Shown piece after piece: positions 1 to 9,995 of a stretch of DNA of 22,163 nt; position 1 is the stretch's first letter, and every line of letters starts with the position of its first letter. Made by a program: the position numbers and the translations under genes. Under the pieces are notes generated by a model that was not told the origin of the DNA, did not search any database, and saw only the letters and a program-made list of their open reading frames with translations. The stretch comes from Eremomyces bilateralis CBS 781.70. Lineage: Eukaryota. The stretch lies in NCBI GenBank assembly GCA_010015585.1, contig ML975149.1; one strand, given 5' to 3'.

Positions 1-307
1 AGAGCACGGCACAGTCTGGTTGATGAAGATGCAAATGACGAGGGGTCTCATTTTGGTAAATACCCCGCACAAGGCCAAAGCGGGCGGTGGTAGGGTGCCG
101 TTCCAGGCGGTTCTAGCCGCCTCCAGAGCGACTAGCGAGCCACCATATGGCGACAGATTTGGCACCTCAATTGGCACCCCACCCCACCAAGTGACATCAA
201 TCATATCTCATGAGAGCTCCGTTCCAATCCGACCACCAAACAAAAAAACTTTCAATTCTCCTCCAAGGCTTCAACATCACGAACAACTATACAATCAATA
301 CTGCTCC

Positions 308-1117
308 ATGCGCATTCCACCGATCCGAACCACAACCTCAAGAATCTTCATCTCACTACCACTTCCACAGCGCCTACGAACCCACCCCATCACCACCACC
401 TCCACCACAATGTCATCCCCCCAAAACGACGCCCCCTCCCCCTCCTCCAAACTCATCTTCGCCCCAACCGACTCACCCACCGCTCCCCACGCCCACCAAT
501 TCTCCGCGTCCCCCCTCTCCCTCCCCACCCTCTCCCCCTCCCCCCTCACCCAATTCCACACCCTCTTCACCGCCGGCCAGCGCGCCCACCTCCCCCAACC
601 CGAAACCTGCGTCCTCTCCACCGCCGCCCTCCCGTCCGGCCGGCCGTCCGCGCGCACCGTCTACCTCAAAGAGCTCGACGACCGGGGGTTCGTGATCTAT
701 AGCAATACCGAGCATTCGCGGAAGGCGGCGGATTTGAGGACCAATCCGCAGGCGTGTCTGACGTTTTGGTGGGCGGGGTTGGAGCGGCAGGTGCGGGTGA
801 CGGGGGCGGTGGAGCGGGTGGGAGTGGAGGAGGCGCAGCGGTATTTCGATACGCGGAATCGGGAAAGTCGGGTGGGTGCGTGGGCGAGTCGGCAGAGTGA
901 GGTGTTGAAGGATAGAAAGGAGTTGGAGGAGCGGGTGAAAAAAGAGAAGGAGCGGTGGGAGGGGAAGGAGGGGATTGAGGTGCCGGGGCATTGGGGAGGT
1001 TGGAGGGTGGTGCCCGAGGAGGTCGAGTTTTGGGGAGGGAGGGAGGGGAGGTTGCATGATCGGTTTTTGTATACGAGGGAGGGTGAGGGGTGGAGGATTG
1101 AGCGGTTAAGTCCGTAG
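308..1117 (+). CDS. PDX3: Pyridoxamine/pyridoxine 5'-phosphate oxidase (PNPOx), single exon; first ATG 308, alternative in-frame ATG 410
   Basis: Family motifs LSTA..SGRPSARTVYLK, GFVIYSN..SRKA, W..LERQVRV.G, YF.TR...SR.GAWAS.QS, P.HWGG.R..P...EFW.G...RLHDRF.Y and C-terminal W.IERLSP. The ORF-track start at 20 is a TTG and unlikely to be real. Confidence 0.95.
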   Translation: MRIPPIRTTTSRIFISLPLPQRLRTHPITTTSTTMSSPQNDAPSPSSKLIFAPTDSPTAPHAHQFSASPLSLPTLSPSPLTQFHTLFTAGQRAHLPQPETCVLSTAALPSGRPSARTVYLKELDDRGFVIYSNTEHSRKAADLRTNPQACLTFWWAGLERQVRVTGAVERVGVEEAQRYFDTRNRESRVGAWASRQSEVLKDRKELEERVKKEKERWEGKEGIEVPGHWGGWRVVPEEVEFWGGREGRLHDRFLYTREGEGWRIERLSP

Positions 1118-1229
1118 GGGGAGATGGGGACGGGGTAGAGGAGAGGATATAAAGAACGGAATCGAGTCATGGCCAAAAACGCTACTATTGTCTATTCGGT
1201 GCAATAGGGAAATATCAATACCAACGACA

Positions 1230-3500
1230 TCACACCCCCCAGATCTCATCCCACCACTTCTTCGGGCCCATCTCCAACGGCCCCTTCAACCTCCCCACCC
1301 TCGGCGGCCCCTCCCCCACCTCCCGCAAACACATCCACTCCCGAACACACCCCGGCACCTCCTCCTTCCGATGACTGACCACAATCAACCCCTGCTCCGC
1401 CCCCAACCCCTCCACTGTCACCCTACCCAACCGCGCCAGATCACTCTCATCCACCCCCGCCCGCGCACTCATCATCCGCTCCCGATTCACCCGCCGATGG
1501 ATCTTCCGCTCCCCATGCGCCAGGAACAGCAGGCACCGTCCCCGCGCCCACTCGTCCATCCCGCTGAACGCCTCGTCCAGCACCACCAGATCCGGCCGCC
1601 CGATGATCGCCCGCAGGAACAGCGCCACCCGCTGCGCCGAGAACGAAAGCGCCCCGAACCTCATCTCGTCCGCCCACCCCACGTCCGCGTCGCTGCTCTC
1701 CGCCCGGTTGAGGTCCGTGATCAGCGCTCGGAGGCGCGCCGACGACACCTCGTCGGGATCCATCGACTCCTCGGCCGTCCCTGTGGAGTGGCGTGCCGCC
1801 GCGGCGCGCAGGCTCTTCTCCTGGGGTGGGCGGAAGCGGTACATCTGAACTTGCTGCCAGGCCGGGGGCTCGAGGGCGGGGTTCAGCTCGGCTTGGAACC
1901 AGCGGAGCACGGAGCTGACGCGCTTGTCGCGGTCGTAGGAGAGCTTGGGTTTCGCGAGGGGGGCGTCGGCCCAGGCGGACTCGATGGTGCGGCGGACGGA
2001 GAGGTGGCGGGGGAAGAAGGCGTGGACTTCAGGGGAGGAGTGGCCGACACGGGATTGGATGTCGAAGACGGAGATGCCGGGTTGGCCGGGGGAGGGGAGG
2101 CGGGAGCGACCGAAGAGCTGGACAGGCGCGGAGTACGTTTGGGGGTGGTCGGAGGTGATGAGGGAGATCACAGTGGTCTTCCCGGATCCGTTGGGTCCGA
2201 AGAGACCCCACCGTTCGCCCTGTCGGACCGTCCACCAGAGCCCTTCGCGCTCCTTGCCGCCGACTTTCTTGGTCCAGTTGCCGAGGACTGCGGTGGATTG
2301 GTCGCCGTACTTGATCTTCACGCCCTTCATCTCTACCAGCGGCTTGCCTATCGGCGCAAGGGTCGTGTCCTCCAAGGTGAATCCGTCAATGCTCGTCTTC
2401 GGAATCGGGTCATATTTCGGGTCCTTAGAAGGTTGCTTCTGTTCGAGAGGAACCGCTCTTGGGACACGCGACCGGTTCAGCCCGAGGATTGAGCCAACCT
2501 CCCATACCTGACTCCATTTCGGATCTACCCCGGTCGGATGAAGTCGCCCGATCGCTTCATGCTGCACGCGGATATATTCGAACACCTCCTCTTTCGGCCC
2601 CTGGGAAATCACGCGGAAATCATCCCCCACAAACATGACGTGGGACACCCAGTCCGGAATGAGGTCGTCCGGCCGCAACGACAGCACGAGCCGTGGATTC
2701 CGATGATCCGCCAAGTTCTGCAACACCGACGACAGCTTCACCACCGTCCTCGGATCCAACCCCATGAACGGCCCATCCAACAGCAACAACTCCGGTCTCC
2801 CCATCAACGCCTTGCCCACCCTCGTCCGCCTCATCTGCCCATTGCTCAGATTACTAAGCGGCATCTCCAACAACGGCTTCAACCGCAGCCGCTCCGCAAT
2901 ATCCTCAAGCAGCTCTTGAGGCGGCCGTGACTCTGCCAGCAGGGTCTCGTCCGGATTCAGCTCCGTGTCCCCCGTCAGGAAGTTCCGCACCGAGAAGTCG
3001 GTGACCTCGCGCCGCGCCTCGTAGCGTGCGCTCAGGTAGGCGCCGCGGAGGCTACTGTGTCCTACGTTCCGTTCAGAGGCATCGAATCCAACATACTGGA
3101 TGGCGATGGAAGGCGACCGGAGTCGTGAATCTTTTGCTGTGACCTCAGGGGAGGAGAGGTACGGAAATGTCCGCGCCGTTGGCGGGAGGCAGACATATTG
3201 ACCTTGAAGGACATGGAGGAATGCGGTCCTTGCTGCCGACGACGTAGATAGCACACACCAGTTTTGTCTTTCAGGTGGGAATGAAGGGATCGAGTAGTTT
3301 AGCCCGGAGAATAATGTTGGGTCTATGTTGGACTCAACCTGGTCTCCGGCTGTCGGATGTACCGAAGCGGGATAGGAACGGTAGAATGTACCATTCTTGA
3401 TGTCAACGAGAGGCGATGAGTGATTATGTACGGATCTAATCAGGCATTTGATATGCCATCGATTGGTTCTCCGACTCCTCGAAATCGGAGAGTATCGCAT
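1230..3500 (-). CDS. Soluble two-domain ABC ATPase without membrane domain (ModF / yeast YDR061W-like), probably mitochondrial
   Basis: Long intronless ORF. NBD1 has LSNGQ signature and LLLLDGP Walker B. NBD2 has GPNGSGKTT, LSFSAQR, LVVLDE and VSH. SSPEVHAFFP motif is present. First ATG at 3500 gives an Arg/Ser-rich N-terminus lacking acidic residues. Confidence 0.88.
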   Translation of the reverse strand: MRYSPISRSRRTNRWHIKCLIRSVHNHSSPLVDIKNGTFYRSYPASVHPTAGDQVESNIDPTLFSGLNYSIPSFPPERQNWCVLSTSSAARTAFLHVLQGQYVCLPPTARTFPYLSSPEVTAKDSRLRSPSIAIQYVGFDASERNVGHSSLRGAYLSARYEARREVTDFSVRNFLTGDTELNPDETLLAESRPPQELLEDIAERLRLKPLLEMPLSNLSNGQMRRTRVGKALMGRPELLLLDGPFMGLDPRTVVKLSSVLQNLADHRNPRLVLSLRPDDLIPDWVSHVMFVGDDFRVISQGPKEEVFEYIRVQHEAIGRLHPTGVDPKWSQVWEVGSILGLNRSRVPRAVPLEQKQPSKDPKYDPIPKTSIDGFTLEDTTLAPIGKPLVEMKGVKIKYGDQSTAVLGNWTKKVGGKEREGLWWTVRQGERWGLFGPNGSGKTTVISLITSDHPQTYSAPVQLFGRSRLPSPGQPGISVFDIQSRVGHSSPEVHAFFPRHLSVRRTIESAWADAPLAKPKLSYDRDKRVSSVLRWFQAELNPALEPPAWQQVQMYRFRPPQEKSLRAAAARHSTGTAEESMDPDEVSSARLRALITDLNRAESSDADVGWADEMRFGALSFSAQRVALFLRAIIGRPDLVVLDEAFSGMDEWARGRCLLFLAHGERKIHRRVNRERMMSARAGVDESDLARLGRVTVEGLGAEQGLIVVSHRKEEVPGCVREWMCLREVGEGPPRVGRLKGPLEMGPKKWWDEIWGV

Positions 3501-3812
3501 GTCGACCGATTGCACAATGGTGAGTTGGAGTCATCCCGAAGTTCGTACTTATATATTGCGCGCCTGGTTTCCTCCGTCCACCGAAACAGCTTCCCCACTG
3601 AGCCATGAATTCGTTCAATTCCCCTGCAGATCCAACGTTCTGCAAGGGACCATGATTCCATGAAGCAAACTGCAGCTGTATTGTATACACACAGTTCACC
3701 TCTCGAAGCCGAGCAGCTCCTCAAACCACCTTACGATATCGCAGTCGAGCGATGTGAGCAGGGCCAGAGTACGCTGACCAAATAAACCTGGCGGGCTCGC
3801 AGGAGCCCCAGC
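3501..3812. promoter_or_regulatory. Compact bidirectional promoter between the ABC ATPase and the GT2-like gene
   Basis: Divergent start codons only ~312 bp apart; AT-rich TTATATATT near 3549. Confidence 0.45.
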
Positions 3813-5894
3813 ATGGTCCCGTCGCGCTTCTTCCCTACAGACGAAGAGCTAGGGAAACGGGACGACAACCGCAAACAACCGTGGCGAAGGAGAGGGTCGA
3901 TGGCAGGGAGCGGGCCGTTACGATACCGGTGCAGGAGGAGACGGATTGTCCCGGTGATATTCCTGATATGCGCTCTTGTGTTCTACGTCACTCGTCGAGG
4001 CGGGTTCACAGAGTGGACGGTAGCATTCGGGGACAGCTCCTCGCCTTATGAAGAACCTACCGGCCGGCCTCCGGTTGGTCATGACGATCAAGTCCAGGCG
4101 AACATTCCGAATAAACATTATTACGATGGTCCGCTACGGTTCTTCCGACTCGCAGCGTCACTCCGGCACATCGACCACCCCTACGGCGGACAGAAGCACA
4201 GCCGCCATGTCCTCTTCGCCGCGTCGAGCCTCAAAAGCGCGTCGAGCCTCATCCCAATGGCATGTGAGATGGCACATTGGGACAGGAACTACGTGCACAT
4301 TATACTGCTCGGACGGAACAACTTGTCGCTGAAGGACGTCCAGGAAATCAATGGGGTGGACCCGGCCACATGCGATGTTATGTGGCATGACGGTAGATCG
4401 GACTTCGCGGAATACAGCACGGAAAAAAGAGCGCAGAGGAGTATCGCGGCCGCGATCATGCATGTCAATATGGTTTTGTCTCCGAGGGCCGTGATCATCG
4501 ATGATCCGACGGAGGAAGACGCGTTCTTCGTGACTGGCATTCGGGCGAAGGTGCATGAGCTTGGACTCTCGTTGATCGAGATCCCGAGAAAGGCGGCAGA
4601 GAGTCTAAGGTGGATTACAAGGCTGGACTCCTCATCGTTGCGCGCCTGGAATATCCCGACGATCGACATCCTCGTTCATGCACCCACGGACTCGTCTGGA
4701 TCATTGATCGGAATGATCAAGTCATTGCAAGCGACAGACTATAAAGGTCTTCCAACGCCGCGATTGATCATCGAGCTCCCCGCAAATGCAGAGCCGTTCA
4801 CACTCATGTTTCTGGACAATCTCGAATGGCCACCCCCTTCCTCTTCCCCATCAACCAGTCGGCGACCCAATCAGCTCATTCTCCGTCGTCGACTCCCAAG
4901 CCGACACCTCACCCCTGAAGAATCCTCTCTCCGATTCATGGAAGGATTCTTCCCTTCGAAGCCGGGAAACCATGCCGTCTTCGTCGTCTCCGCGCAGACG
5001 CAGCTATCCCCCACCTTCTACCATTACCTATACTTTACTCTTCTCGAGTACCGATACGGCCAGGTCTCCTCCTCGCTCATGGGAATCAGCCTGGACGTGC
5101 CTGACACGCATCTCAACGGCTCCGCTCCGTTCACCCAACCCCTCAGCTCCGATATCCGGAGCAAGAAATACCACACCAGCAAAGACTCCCCCGCCCCCTT
5201 CCTTTGGCAAGCACCGAACGCCAACGCCGCCCTCTACTTCGGCGACAAATGGCTCGAACTCCAATCATTCCTCACCCAACGCATCTCCGCGTTCCACGAC
5301 GGCAAGAAAACCTCCCCACGCACCAAGATCGTGTCCCCAACGTTGCCCGCGTGGACGGAATATTTCCTTGAACTGATGCGCGCGCGCGGCTACTCGATGC
5401 TCTACCCCGGCCTCCTCAGCGCCTCCCACTCCTTGGTGACCGTGCATACCGAACTCTCCAACCCACCTGACGATTTCCCCCCCGCCAATCTCGACCTCCC
5501 CGACCCGCTTTCCGACACCCCGAACCCAAGAGGCCTCCCCCGTGACCCGCCTACTTCCTCCCCACCCGACCTCTCCGAGCCATCCGAGCCGTTCCTCCCA
5601 GCATCTTTCTCCTCCACCCCTCTGCACACGGAACTCCCGCTCGCCGACTCCCAGCCGCTCCACGTGCTGCTGCCATGGGACGGCGACCTCCCCGAGCTCA
5701 TCGACCTCCCGCTCCTTTCACACGCGGGTGAGGAAACCAAGATGTCTGCGACTATCGACGCAGCGACGGCGTTCGCGGACACGTTTCGAGTCGATGTGGG
5801 AGGGTGTGATGCGGACGCGGCGGCGACGAAGCGGACGAGTGGAAGACGGGGGTCGACGGCGGATGATTTGTTTTGTTTGGATGAGAGGGAGTAA
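3813..5894 (+). CDS. Conserved fungal type II membrane protein of the kind usually annotated 'glycosyltransferase 2' (function unverified)
   Basis: 693 aa single-exon ORF. N-terminal DEELGK.DD motif, basic RRRRR stretch then one TM helix (IVPVIFLICALVFYV). Motifs VLFAASSLKSASSLIPMACEMA, WHDGR.D, FLWQAPN.NAALYFGDKW.EL and C-terminal GGC...DLFC match my recollection of this family. Confidence 0.75.
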   Translation: MVPSRFFPTDEELGKRDDNRKQPWRRRGSMAGSGPLRYRCRRRRIVPVIFLICALVFYVTRRGGFTEWTVAFGDSSSPYEEPTGRPPVGHDDQVQANIPNKHYYDGPLRFFRLAASLRHIDHPYGGQKHSRHVLFAASSLKSASSLIPMACEMAHWDRNYVHIILLGRNNLSLKDVQEINGVDPATCDVMWHDGRSDFAEYSTEKRAQRSIAAAIMHVNMVLSPRAVIIDDPTEEDAFFVTGIRAKVHELGLSLIEIPRKAAESLRWITRLDSSSLRAWNIPTIDILVHAPTDSSGSLIGMIKSLQATDYKGLPTPRLIIELPANAEPFTLMFLDNLEWPPPSSSPSTSRRPNQLILRRRLPSRHLTPEESSLRFMEGFFPSKPGNHAVFVVSAQTQLSPTFYHYLYFTLLEYRYGQVSSSLMGISLDVPDTHLNGSAPFTQPLSSDIRSKKYHTSKDSPAPFLWQAPNANAALYFGDKWLELQSFLTQRISAFHDGKKTSPRTKIVSPTLPAWTEYFLELMRARGYSMLYPGLLSASHSLVTVHTELSNPPDDFPPANLDLPDPLSDTPNPRGLPRDPPTSSPPDLSEPSEPFLPASFSSTPLHTELPLADSQPLHVLLPWDGDLPELIDLPLLSHAGEETKMSATIDAATAFADTFRVDVGGCDADAAATKRTSGRRGSTADDLFCLDERE

Positions 5895-6457
5895 GGGATG
5901 ACTTGTAAAATGATCTCATATGTTTAGATCCACTCTAGGTTGGTTCGCGATACCACGCGTACTCGCACGCACTGGATGGGTGTGTCGTTGCATTTACGTC
6001 TAATTTCATTGATGTAGGTGACTCTTCGGGAGACTTTATCATACATGTAATCGTACAAGGGAATGTGGAACATGTAAGCTCAGGGTACCGGACCCAATAG
6101 CATTGATCTTTGCAGCCTCCACACTGGAGACGGGGCATGGATCTAAGTCTATCTTGCTCGCGGTGGATCCGCTGAGCGGCGCGTCGCTTCGTAACTTTCG
6201 TATCAGCTGTTCGTGAACCGAAAATGGGATATTCGTCCGCGTCTCTGCCATCCGATTGGTGTCTGGCTCGCGGAAAACTCCTCCGCGCTCTGCGCATCGT
6301 CCCGCTGTCTTTAGGTCCGACCAGTATCCATCTCCACCGTCATATATCATTCATCGTCAACGTTCGGTTCGCATCAGGCTTGTCCAAATCTCGTATTCTA
6401 CCCCTTCGCCTACTCAAACGCTATCTTCAAGGTCAACCCCTCACCGCACCCAGCGCG

Positions 6458-7641
6458 TTACTGTATCCCCCCCAACCCCGAATACCGATCCATCACGTCG
6501 AACACCACGCTATTCTGTACGTGACAATCGCGCTCCGCGCTCGCGCACCCTAGTTCTGTCTCCACCTCCTGGCCCATCTGCGCGCCGGGTCGTTGGCTGC
6601 GGATCATGGAGGCGGCGTAGAGGCAGGATGTGGAGTCGGGAGGGTAGGCGGTGTCGACTGAAGAGATTGGGGTGTGGACGTTGGTTGGTAAGGAGGGTGG
6701 TTGCTGGGGGTTTGGGTTTGGGCGGGTGGGGTAGATGTGGGTGAAAGGGTCGGGGTGGTAATAGGCACTATGGGTTGGGGGAACTTGGGACGGGACGGAG
6801 TAGTGGACAGAGTATTGTTGGGTAGAATACGGGTTCGATAGAGTGTGATAGGAGTCCGGTGGAAAATTCGGGGGGCGAACGTAGGGAACTGCGAATGGTG
6901 GCTCGGCGGAATGGGATGGGAGGGTTATCTCGTTGATCGGTGACTCGGTCGAGGGTTGCGAAGAAAATGGATGGTAGACCGACGTATCGGTTTCGATGGA
7001 AGCGGAAGTTTGCCCTTTGGTGGTGGTTTGATTTGTAGGTTGAAGGAACGATGAGGGGGAAGGTGGCTGTGAAGGTGAACCGCGTAATTGGAATGTCTGC
7101 ACTGGTTGCACTGGGAGGATGTTCGTCGCTGTCGGTGGCTGTGAGCTAGATCGCGACACCGAATCTTGAGATGACGATCGCCTCGATAACATCGGTATCG
7201 CGGGTTTGCATCGTCTCCTCGTCGCCAAGAGCGTCGCCAAGTTGGCGCCGGCAGCCTTTCCCCCTTCGTCGTGTATCGGAGATGGAACGGACGCGGTGGT
7301 CGGCTCCGTCTGCATCATTAGATCGATGTCGGCATCCGACAACCCACGCTGTTGCAGAATGGCGCGCAGCTTTTTATTTTCGTCCAGGACCTTTCGTGCG
7401 GCGGCCTGGATCTCGGCCGACGCTTCCACGCCCATCTGCTCGCAGTGACGGTATTTCTCTTCCAGCTCTTGTAAATACTCTTTCCGACGAGCGCGCGAAC
7501 GTCGTTGATTGTCGCGGATGCGCGCCAGGTTGGCGCTGTTTCTCTGCCATTCGTGAGCTTATGACTCGCCATGCGGTCCACCGTTTATTAACATACCTCA
7601 TCCATAGCTTCGGATCGTCCTCTACTCTTCCAACCTCTCAT
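6458..7641 (-). CDS. bZIP transcription factor, 2 exons: complement(join(6458..7543,7597..7641)), ~376 aa
   Basis: Basic region and zipper NLARIRDNQRRSRARRKEYLQELEEKYRHCEQ.GVEAS.EIQ.AARKVL.EN..LR lies in frame upstream of the ORF-track start. A 53 nt intron at 7544-7596 (GTATGT..GCTCAC..CAG) joins a 15-codon exon 1. C-terminal TSC..AA..I...LGC....C.V.N..VF..MD motif. ATG 7605 is an alternative start. Confidence 0.85.
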
Positions 7642-9995
7642 GAGGTTGTGTGATAATATGGGAAGCTAGGAAGATTTTCCTATTGTTTCAGCCTTCTCAC
7701 TGGTATTAACTGAGCATCGACAGACGACATGGTCATCGACGAGCGAGGAACTCTGATATTCAAATATAGCAGCCAAAATCGAATGGGGTAATTAAGTCCA
7801 GACTAGTCCGCTCTTAATCTAGGGTTGAATATGGTTGAGCTTAATAGCTGGGACTGAAGATGGTAAAGAGGATGATTCCCCTCTCACGATCTGACATGAA
7901 CGCAAACTCTTTAACAGTACCCGATCCAGCTAATTGAGGCAATATGCATGGTGTCTCACCGCCACCACGCACAATTTTACGTTGATTTGGATGGAAAATA
8001 TAGCCACCCACAGCCAAGGGGAAGACAAGGAGCTTGGTTATTCGTGGACAGCCGTGCGGGTGTTGGGGTCAAGTAAGGAAAGCATTCCGGATCCACCGAT
8101 ATTTTCAGGGTTTTCTGGTTTCCCTGGCTTTGTCGTTTGCCGCCACGCTTGAAAGGGATGGTTATTAGGCCGTTTAGGGGTACAGTTCTGAACTTCGGAG
8201 GGCTTGCAGCCTGCAGGAGTAAGGACAGGACCGAAGGCAAACGACTCGGCCACAAAAGTCCAAATGTACGGAGTAGATCCCGGGACATTTGATTCAGTTT
8301 TGAGGTTCCTGACAGCCGAATTGTCCCATTCAGCCGGCCAACCCCGGCGTCGATCATGCCGCGATTTGTCAAACCACTTCTTGGTAAAAAACATATGCCA
8401 TCAAATGTCAATATCTCATATCTACGTAGAAGATCTCCATGTCGAAGGCGATGACGACAGACGACGTTGCCTGCTCAGATTCGATATCCCAATTCGTCTG
8501 GTATCATGACATCTCAGCCGGCTCTAGCCGCTCTGCATATTGCGTTTTACTTCCCATTCGGGGTTCATATTCCCGGATAGATTGGACCTCAAGAAACGCA
8601 TCATCGACGCGAATACGGAGTAGGTCAAGTAGCATCGGAATGATTCGAATGTTGGGAGTTGATTCAGGGTTGTTTGATGAGTTCTAGCGCCCTTCTGGAA
8701 AGTTGCCTGGTATGTATGTAAGATCGCCAAATGCCCTGGTCGGCTGGTCCACTGGGCACTGCTCCATCAACGATTTTTTCGGAGATCACTGCCGAATGAT
8801 TAAAGTTAACACTGTCCCCTTTCTAGTTTCCATCGAAGCCGTAGAGGATGTCCTCATGGTACTACATACAGGTACCTAATTGCAAGGGACGTCATTGACA
8901 GATCATTAGGATTCCAGTGGCGCTCAAGTAATATCACCATTTACCAGGTCGTTGAAAATCCCAAATTCGGGACTGATTCCCGACCGTAATTAGAATACAG
9001 ATACTAGTATCTCGGTGATTTCTTTTAGCAACTCGGAGGCTCTCTATCGTCATTGGTTCGTGTCTCGGGGTCCGCCTGCATCGGCCGTATCCAACCGTAT
9101 GTGTAACCATACTGTCTAGTTTGAATAGTTCCTGGCTGCTTCCATTTATCTTGGCTCGTCGCGTGAAGCCGTGGCGTGTGACGCAGGCGCCAAATGTTCG
9201 AGGTAAAGCCACACTTTGAGATGTCTCCGATAGGTGCGGTTGGGTGCTTGGGTCTGTTCATTGCCACCGGATCTGCTGGGTCCTGTCGATTACAGACGCA
9301 TCAGCCACACCAGACACAATTCCACAGCATGATGGCAAAATTCCATCGTGGGCCCGCATGCAAATGCAGTCTGAGTAAGGTTTCCTGGCCTATCGCGGCA
9401 ACACCGGTTTCGGAGGCGTAGGCGATTCAGCGTGGCAAGGTCGTTCATACAGACGCGTAAACAGGCATCCGTTCCGCAGCCATGGCTAAGGGTGACCCGT
9501 TTGACTGGATTCGAGAGAATTGAGGCCACTGCCGCGGCTGTTCTTCGTGTGGGAGTAAATTTGCCCTCCTGAATATGACTCAATACTATATTGCTCGCGA
9601 ATGAGACTGCAGAGGTGCAGAAGAGAAGAGCCTAGGTGACAGGAGACGTCATTGCAGGGGCATCTGGTTCCTACGCGTGGCTGGTGACTCCCTGGGCGAT
9701 GCATCGAGATGCGGATACTTACCTATGCGAATCCAATCAAGCTGAAGTATCTCGTCTAGTTCCGTCTGTTCCGATGATGGTTGACCGCAAGGCATTACAC
9801 ATGTTTTATTGCTCCCTAGGAGCGGGAGGTGTCATGTCAAACATTTATCCAATTCTGAGACAAGGAGGAGACACCTGTTCCAACGCCATTGCCCCCAAAC
9901 GTCCTCTGATAGATCCAGTACAGACTCCTCCTGAACTCGATCGTATAACCCCAACAAGAACAACCACAGACTGGGAAGCAATTGCTCGACATCAT

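Noticed and set aside
20..307. N-terminal 96 codons of ORF 20..1117
   Set aside because: No family resemblance and the sequence looks like promoter or UTR; ATG 308 or 410 is more plausible.
1188..2492. 434 aa + strand ORF and other long antisense ORFs (473..1057, 1945..2511, 4786..5376 in an alternative frame)
   Set aside because: Shadows of real GC-rich genes; skewed codon usage suppresses stops and the products are low-complexity.
7700..9990. Many short ORFs, including a BTB-like fragment VDPGTFDSVLRFL near 8270-8310
   Set aside because: No consistent frame or splice model, many stops between ORFs, and the rest of the BTB motif is missing. A highly decayed gene cannot be excluded.
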